A stretch of 62,990 nucleotides of DNA, counting the filler, from Trichomonas gallinae (lineage: Eukaryota), in the NCBI GenBank assembly GCA_008369845.1. It is 11 parts of 11 records of this genome, joined end to end, with 100 filler letters (N's around TTAATTAATTAA, not from the genome) between each part and the next. Parts side by side here need not be neighbours in the genome. Positions count along the whole stretch, not along the records: positions 56,543 to 58,372 come from MRSU01000631.1; positions 58,473 to 61,009 come from MRSU01000640.1; positions 61,110 to 62,990 come from MRSU01000643.1; 8 more parts are not named here. One strand, 5' to 3'. The translations under genes were made by a program, and so were the position numbers. Positions within the stretch are counted from its first letter, which is position 1, and every line of letters begins with the position of its first letter. The notes beneath the pieces are model-generated. The model was given only the letters and a program-made list of their open reading frames with translations. It did not search any database and was not told the origin of the DNA. Positions 57,147 to 62,990 of the stretch are shown here, in pieces.

Positions 57147-57474
57147 TGGCGGAGATGACTCAGCAAGCACTGATCACTGCCCTAATCAATAAACGCAATG
57201 ATCTCATCACGCTTGCTAAGAACGCTTTTATATGTAGAGCGTTTGTTGCTTGTTCAGTTTTAATGTCAATAAAACAAATTTCATCGTAAACGTGGTCAGC
57301 AACGTTATACAAGCGCTTAGACAAGTACAAGAACTCTTCAATCACTTCGCTTCACTATTAACTCATCTTTCGAATGACAAATGGATCCAGCCTGCTCTTA
57401 ACTGTTTGTGCCTCTTCGGAGTATCTGTAATTCGCTCAAAAAGCTTAATTAAACGCCTTGTAAGTCTTGAATAA
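57147..57474 (+). pseudogene. Frameshifted small hypothetical gene remnant
   Basis: ATG (MAEMTQQ...) with coding-like sequence continuing in a second frame to TAA at 57474. No recognisable family. Confidence 0.35.
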
Positions 57475-58472
57475 GTAGTTCTATCTATTTGTGTGATGAA
57501 TCCTGCCAATTGCAGGTCAATTCGAAGGTAACAAGAATCAACTAGAGTTAAAAAGACTAAGAATTAATTAATGTTTTTGAAACGAAAATAAGCTGATCTT
57601 GCTCACTTTTGTATATCATTTTGGGGCGCGGCGATTGATTCTCTTTCCCAAATGAAAAGTTGTTGTCGACTTCACGAAAGATAAAAGAGCGCATTTCGTA
57701 ATTGAAGTACAAAAGTAATGAAAAACGACATTTTATACCTTTGATAATGCATTTTGATGTATATATAACACCAAAAGAACTCGGTAGTGAAACATAACCT
57801 CGATTTGTTTTTAAGATCGAAGTAAGAGTGAGGATTTGTTAAAAAATGTAAGCATTAGTTGGCAGTACAGTACAATTGTTGAATCAAAACTCAAAAATAT
57901 ACATAATCCATAAAAAAATCATATGACAATTTGACATGTAAATTTACAAAAGATTATTAAACTGCGTTGCAAAATATGTGATCAATTTTTTTTGAGAGAA
58001 CTCATAGAAAAATTCTATGAGTTTCTCTCAAAAAATAAAAAAGTGCGATCCCATTTCTCTCAAAAAATTATACATGTCGAAATGGCGCAAAAGGTGACAT
58101 TTGGCGCTTGATCTGGCGCTCTCCAAAGCCGCCGTGGCACTTTTGTAAATATTTTTGCCAAATAAATGTCAAAATAGAATAGCCATTTTTCTAAAAGTGA
58201 CATTATATATTATGTCCAGAAAACGTCTCCTTTAAATTCCAGAAGGATACATATTAGATTGCACGCATACAACTCCTAAAAATCCACAATATATAGCGTT
58301 TGTTTTCAAAAACAGGCAATATCTTCACAGTACGTTCAACTCAAGCAAAACCTTCTTTGATTACAGGTAAAGNNNNNNNNNNNNNNNNNNNNNNNNNNNN
58401 NNNNNNNNNNNNNNNNTTAATTAATTAANNNNNNNNNNNNNNNNNNNNNNNNNNNNNNNNNNNNNNNNNNNN

Positions 58473-59464
58473 TGCCACAAGATAAATTACTGCTTACACT
58501 CCATTACCTTAAGTTTAGCCAAGGCACAAAAATTGCAGCAGACAAGTTTGGTACGAGTCTATCTTTTTACTTTTCAATTGTATCAACAACTTTACATCAG
58601 TGCTCCAAAGTTTTTGCAAGAAACCTTATTGTATGGGAGACTGTTCAACAGCGACTCACAAGATATCCTATACTACAAACGCCCGACTTTCCGAATCTTT
58701 TGGGTTCAATCGATGCTACGTGCCAAGAGATCGAACGTCCATCTTCAAGAGACAAACAAAGTTATGATGGTAAACACAAATGTTTTACTTACAAGGTCCA
58801 GGCATTTGTATCGCCGAGAGGAATGCTGCTCGATTATTCAGAACCAGTCCCTGGAGCAATTCATGACTTTACACTTTTCAAAAACTCACAACTCTTCAAT
58901 AAACTTCGTGATCCATTGCTCTCTGGGCAAAATCCGGTCGTTTTGGTTGATCTCGGCTATTTGGGTATCAACCACGACTTTCCCAATGCGGTGATTCCGC
59001 ACAAGAGGCCACCAAACGGTGAGCTTACTGATGCGCAAAAAAGCGAAAACAAAGTCATATCGTCATATAGAATCAAAGTGGAACACTGGTTTGGAAGGAT
59101 TAAAAGCCTTTGGAAAATATTTGCCAATAAATACAACAAATCACTAGACAATTATGCAGTCATTTGGGAATTCTGTGCAGCCCTCACTAATTACCACATC
59201 AATTTTCATCCGCTTTCAACTACTGATTATATATTCGATCCTGACGATGATGACGATCCAGCTTTAAGCGAAGCCAGAACGACCGCAGAGAACACAGCTG
59301 CCAATACATCGAGTGAAAACTCCACATCTAGCACATCCTCTTCATCATCATCTGATCAGGAAGAGCCACAGCAAAATCAAGTTGAAAGAAATGAAGAAGA
59401 AAATCATGGAAGAAGAGGTCGCGGAAGAGGAAGAGGGAGAGGAAGAAAAAGAAATAGAAATTAA
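58473..59464 (+). mobile_element. PIF/Harbinger-ISL2EU-type DDE transposase, frame open from gap to stop
   Basis: PQDKLLLTLHYLK (HTH_Tnp_4-like), GSIDA, YDGKHK, HD, VDLGY, IPHK, RIKVEHWFGRIK, LTNY; acidic/Ser linker and RG-repeat tail. Confidence 0.9.
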
Positions 59465-60040
59465 TAATAAAATGTGTGTTTATTTAATAATAGCATATAA
59501 CAAGGAAAGGGATTAGGAGGAAAAGATTTTGTTGAAGATGGTTTATCAATGAAGCTCGGCAACCATATTTAGAAGTTTCTCGATCTTCTTAATCAAGCGT
59601 CTCAGTCTTCTTCATCAAGCATCTCGATCTTTGTTAAATTTTTTGTATACAACCCTCGCGTAGGCAAGTTGATTGGCCTATCACCGTGCTACTTAATAAT
59701 GAAAAGCAGTTTCTATTTCTAATTTTTTGTCATTGTAAAATTTTATTATGACATTTTAAAATTTATTTGTCAAAAATTTTATTTTTTTTACCTTACTCAT
59801 TCTATAATAATTTTCTATTCGCTATCTTTTTTATATTCTTTAAATTCAATACATTTTCGCAAAAATGTACTTATTCGCGAAAAGTAAAATATTTTCTCAA
59901 AAGCTATGTGTACGTTTGCAAAAATCTTTACATATTTCAGAAAACTTAACATTTTTTAGAAAAGGTCTAATAAAATATGGAATACATGTTCTAAGAATTA
60001 TTTTTGAAAAGTTAAAAAATATCAATTCAATATAAACAAA

Positions 60041-60872
60041 ATGAAAGAAAAGCAAGGTAGGGTAGTTGCACCTCAGAAAGAAATGCCAAAATTAAAAGAC
60101 AGTGTTGATGTGATTTTAGCAAGCAAAAATTATAAGCAAATGCATCAAGCTACTAACTTTACTTGCAGCCAATTTATCAAACTGTACGAAGTTTTGAGTG
60201 AAACACTGAAGGAACGAACAAAGAGTGGCGCTCGAGTGTCATCGAAAAACAAGCTCTATCTAACTCTTGTTTTTTGCAAGTATTTACAATCATTTGAAGA
60301 AATAGGGACTAGATTTGGGCTCAATGCATCAAATGCACGAACTCTTATTATTAAAACAATAATCAAATGTCCACCTATTCTGCAGGAAAAATATATTAGA
60401 TTGGTGACAGTAATGGATCGTGTTAGAGGCTCTAATAGGGATTTCCCTGATTTCCCTGCAATTCTCGACTCCATCGATGCTACTGTTCAAGAAATATCAT
60501 GCCCGTCGACAAACCAAAGGAGATTTTATTGTGTGAAAACTCAGGCTCTTGTCGATTTATCGATATATCGGGCTTCCTCATGCATCACAGCCATTCCACG
60601 AACGGTAAGCTTCATGATTTTAATGTATTCAAGCATACAAATGTAGCTGAAATGATAAGGAATGAAGCAAATGAAGTTTTCAATCATTTTGGCCTGTATC
60701 CACAAGTTCTTGTCGATAGTGGGTATACAGGATTAAAATCTATATTACCAGGTGCAAGCCAAGAGGAGGTGAATTAACCCAACAAGAAAAGATCCAGAAT
60801 AGAAAAATTTCTCACTATAGGATTGTAGTGGAGAATTACTTTGGACGATTGAAAGTTTTATGGAAAATTATG
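60041..60872 (+). mobile_element. Second-family DDE_Tnp_4 transposase pseudogene
   Basis: KNKLYLTLVFCK...IGTRFG, SIDATVQ, then in shifted frames HDFNVF, VDSGYTG and RIVVENYFGRLKVLWKI. Confidence 0.85.
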
Positions 60873-61505
60873 GGGGAAGTTCAAAAAAAGCGAAGAAAGG
60901 GCCGCTTTTTTCGTCCCAGCAAAATCAGAAAGGATTTGAAACCTGAAACTATAGGGGTATAATGGGGGTACATAGTGGTATATCTACGCGAAGTATGAAG
61001 GAAAAATAGNNNNNNNNNNNNNNNNNNNNNNNNNNNNNNNNNNNNNNNNNNNNTTAATTAATTAANNNNNNNNNNNNNNNNNNNNNNNNNNNNNNNNNNN
61101 NNNNNNNNNATTCCGTCTCGCCTTTCGCGCGCTGAATAAAATTGCGCATTTCGTTCGCTGCTAAAAAGTGAGAATTCGCACAACCCTACTCTTATGTTTA
61201 TATTTAAGATTAATTGATCAAATATTCATATTTAACAAAATTCAAAATTTCATAATGATTAATGGTTCACAGGTATAAGTTTTAAATTCCAAATTTAGCA
61301 TAATCGATTTATTTGGAAGATAGACAAAATCCATAATTTGAAAATAGAGGAAATAATTGGTAATGCATATATCGTTTTATTTATTTTCCAAAATGGAAGT
61401 ATATAATTAAAATGTTTATAGAATTATTTATTATTTTATTGATATCGAAAAAAATATAATAATTGATTAAATTTCAAGCACATTTAGTTGATTAATGAAG
61501 AAACT

Positions 61506-62030
61506 TTAAGCTTCTGCTGGTGCTTCTCCTGAACTAGAATCACCGCCGAAAACGAACTTAAGAACTAAGCTGCAAATAAGTCCAATGAGAGTAATTATGA
61601 ACATTGCAACATTATCTCCATCATGCCAGATGCTTCCTGAATTCCAATAGGCCATGATAGCTATGTTGAAAATCAGTAGGATTACTGTGCTTGCAACCGA
61701 GCCGTAGTAGATGAATGTGATAAACGCACTGAGAATGTCGAAGTTATAGAATATGAGCCAAACGAGCCAAAGTAAAAAGGTAAGTATCGCAAGGAAAACG
61801 GTTGTTCCATTTAAACCTTGCAAAATTCGACAGTCACTATAACCTCCGCAACCTTTTGGATAATAAGCATCGTAGATTTTTCTGGCATCGCTCAAAGCTT
61901 CAGCATGCTTGCAGAAAATAATGAAATATCCAAACACTCCTGTCAAAAGGAAGACGAATGAAACTATGCCAAGGATCTTGTTTTTCATTGGGGCTGTTTT
62001 GACGAAGTCGATACATTTCATTGCTACCAT
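61506..62030 (-). CDS. Small four-TM membrane protein
   Basis: ATG at 62030 preceded by TCATTTCATTTT Inr; four hydrophobic segments and a Cys pair in the first loop. Confidence 0.75.
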   Translation of the reverse strand: MVAMKCIDFVKTAPMKNKILGIVSFVFLLTGVFGYFIIFCKHAEALSDARKIYDAYYPKGCGGYSDCRILQGLNGTTVFLAILTFLLWLVWLIFYNFDILSAFITFIYYGSVASTVILLIFNIAIMAYWNSGSIWHDGDNVAMFIITLIGLICSLVLKFVFGGDSSSGEAPAEA

Positions 62031-62170
62031 CTTCGGTGAAAATGAAATGATTTTTGAGAACTTATTCAAAAATGAAATCAAAGAATTATATTTGGTAAAA
62101 AAAGGAGGATTATGCTCCAAAACATATGTTTACATACAATAAAATCATAATTATTTTCTTATTGTAATTT

Positions 62171-62230
62171 ACAATAACCGTATCTTCCAGACTATCTTCC
62201 AGAAACTAATTTTCGATCGTTCAGAGTTCA
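62171..62230. repeat. Internal fragment of the same MITE family
   Basis: ACAATAACCGTATCTTCCAGACTATCTTCCAGAAACTAATTTTCGATCGTTCAGAGT aligns to 37919-37978. Confidence 0.75.
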
Positions 62231-62990
62231 TGCAGAATGTGTGGATTTTTAATTATGAATATGTGGATTTTTAATTTCAATACACTTTTAAGAGAAAATT
62301 TTACAAAAATAACAAATATAAGTGTCAATAGATAAGATTTGAAGAAATGAGGTGAATTTATTGATAACGCAATTTCGAATAATTTTTGAACATTGATCAT
62401 ATAAACTGTTTGCAATAATATTTTGTCATATAAATTTTTATGAAAAAGTTCTCAAATTTTTGAATTTGAATAATCATATAAAAAGTCATTTTATTCTAAT
62501 TATTCATAGATAATATGGGGTTTAAATATCAGATACTATTTGAAAATTTCTGAAATGTTGATCGCAACAATTTTCCCAGAGATATGATTCATGAACTAAA
62601 TTTTAAATTTATGATAATCCAAAAAACGTTTACGTTAAAATAAAATCTTGATCCATTCAATTTTTCAAACTTGTTCAAATGCAGGAACACCGTTTAAATA
62701 ATTGAATGGAACAAGATTGGCGATTTTCGGGAGAGATTTGAGCTCCGTGAACTTTAAATATCAACCTTCATACAGTAAATTTTTATGAAATAATAGGTAT
62801 AGATCCGATTTTGAATTTTGAATCAATTTCAATTGAAATTCATAAAAACTCATTTAATAGCTCTGAAAACATATGATATATATACATAATTCTATATATA
62901 TTTAATTTTATTAATTAGAACTCAATAATATCGATAGAAAAAACCGACCACGATCGTTTTTTTTTTTTTTTTTTTTTTTTTGTTGCTTTT

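Noticed and set aside
6560..61109. Ten identical TTAATTAATTAA motifs resembling a dispersed repeat or CRISPR-like array
   Set aside because: Each is embedded in a fixed 100-nt N run; this is an artificial assembly spacer.
1..62990. Spliceosomal introns, telomeric repeats, rRNA, CRISPR arrays or prophage
   Set aside because: No trichomonad intron 3' motif (ACTAACACACAG), telomere array, rRNA-like sequence or repeat-spacer array was seen by eye.

Overview
AT-rich, apparently intron-free eukaryotic DNA with hallmarks of a trichomonad, most likely Trichomonas vaginalis (inferred from TCAYT initiators just upstream of ATGs, a CCTTT M5 element before a ribosomal protein gene, PPDK, a 7TM-RGS and MULE remnants). 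It is a draft scaffold: eleven contigs joined by ten artificial 100-nt N..TTAATTAATTAA..N spacers that truncate several genes. About 1-50 kb is gene-rich: a UBL/UBA/AT-hook protein, two Rabs, 2-Cys peroxiredoxin, ABCA and PPDK fragments, Spt20-like, 7TM-RGS, a candidate EDC4/Ge-1 with seven PPGF motifs, tRNA-Ala(AGC), DUS, a spastizin-like protein, a bacterial-type LtaS/OpgB-family enzyme, IFT46, CHMP1/Did2, eL43, TEDC1-like and several pseudogenes. About 51-61 kb is a DNA-transposon nest: one decayed Mutator transposase and three PIF/Harbinger-ISL2EU-type DDE transposases, one with an open frame. The clearest new non-coding signal is a 154-bp MITE with Ac/Ds-like hAT termini and a flanking 7-bp duplication, with two more partial copies in the window. 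All protein-family calls come from motif recognition by eye and need HMM or structure confirmation. I found no single multi-gene novel system I can firmly support.
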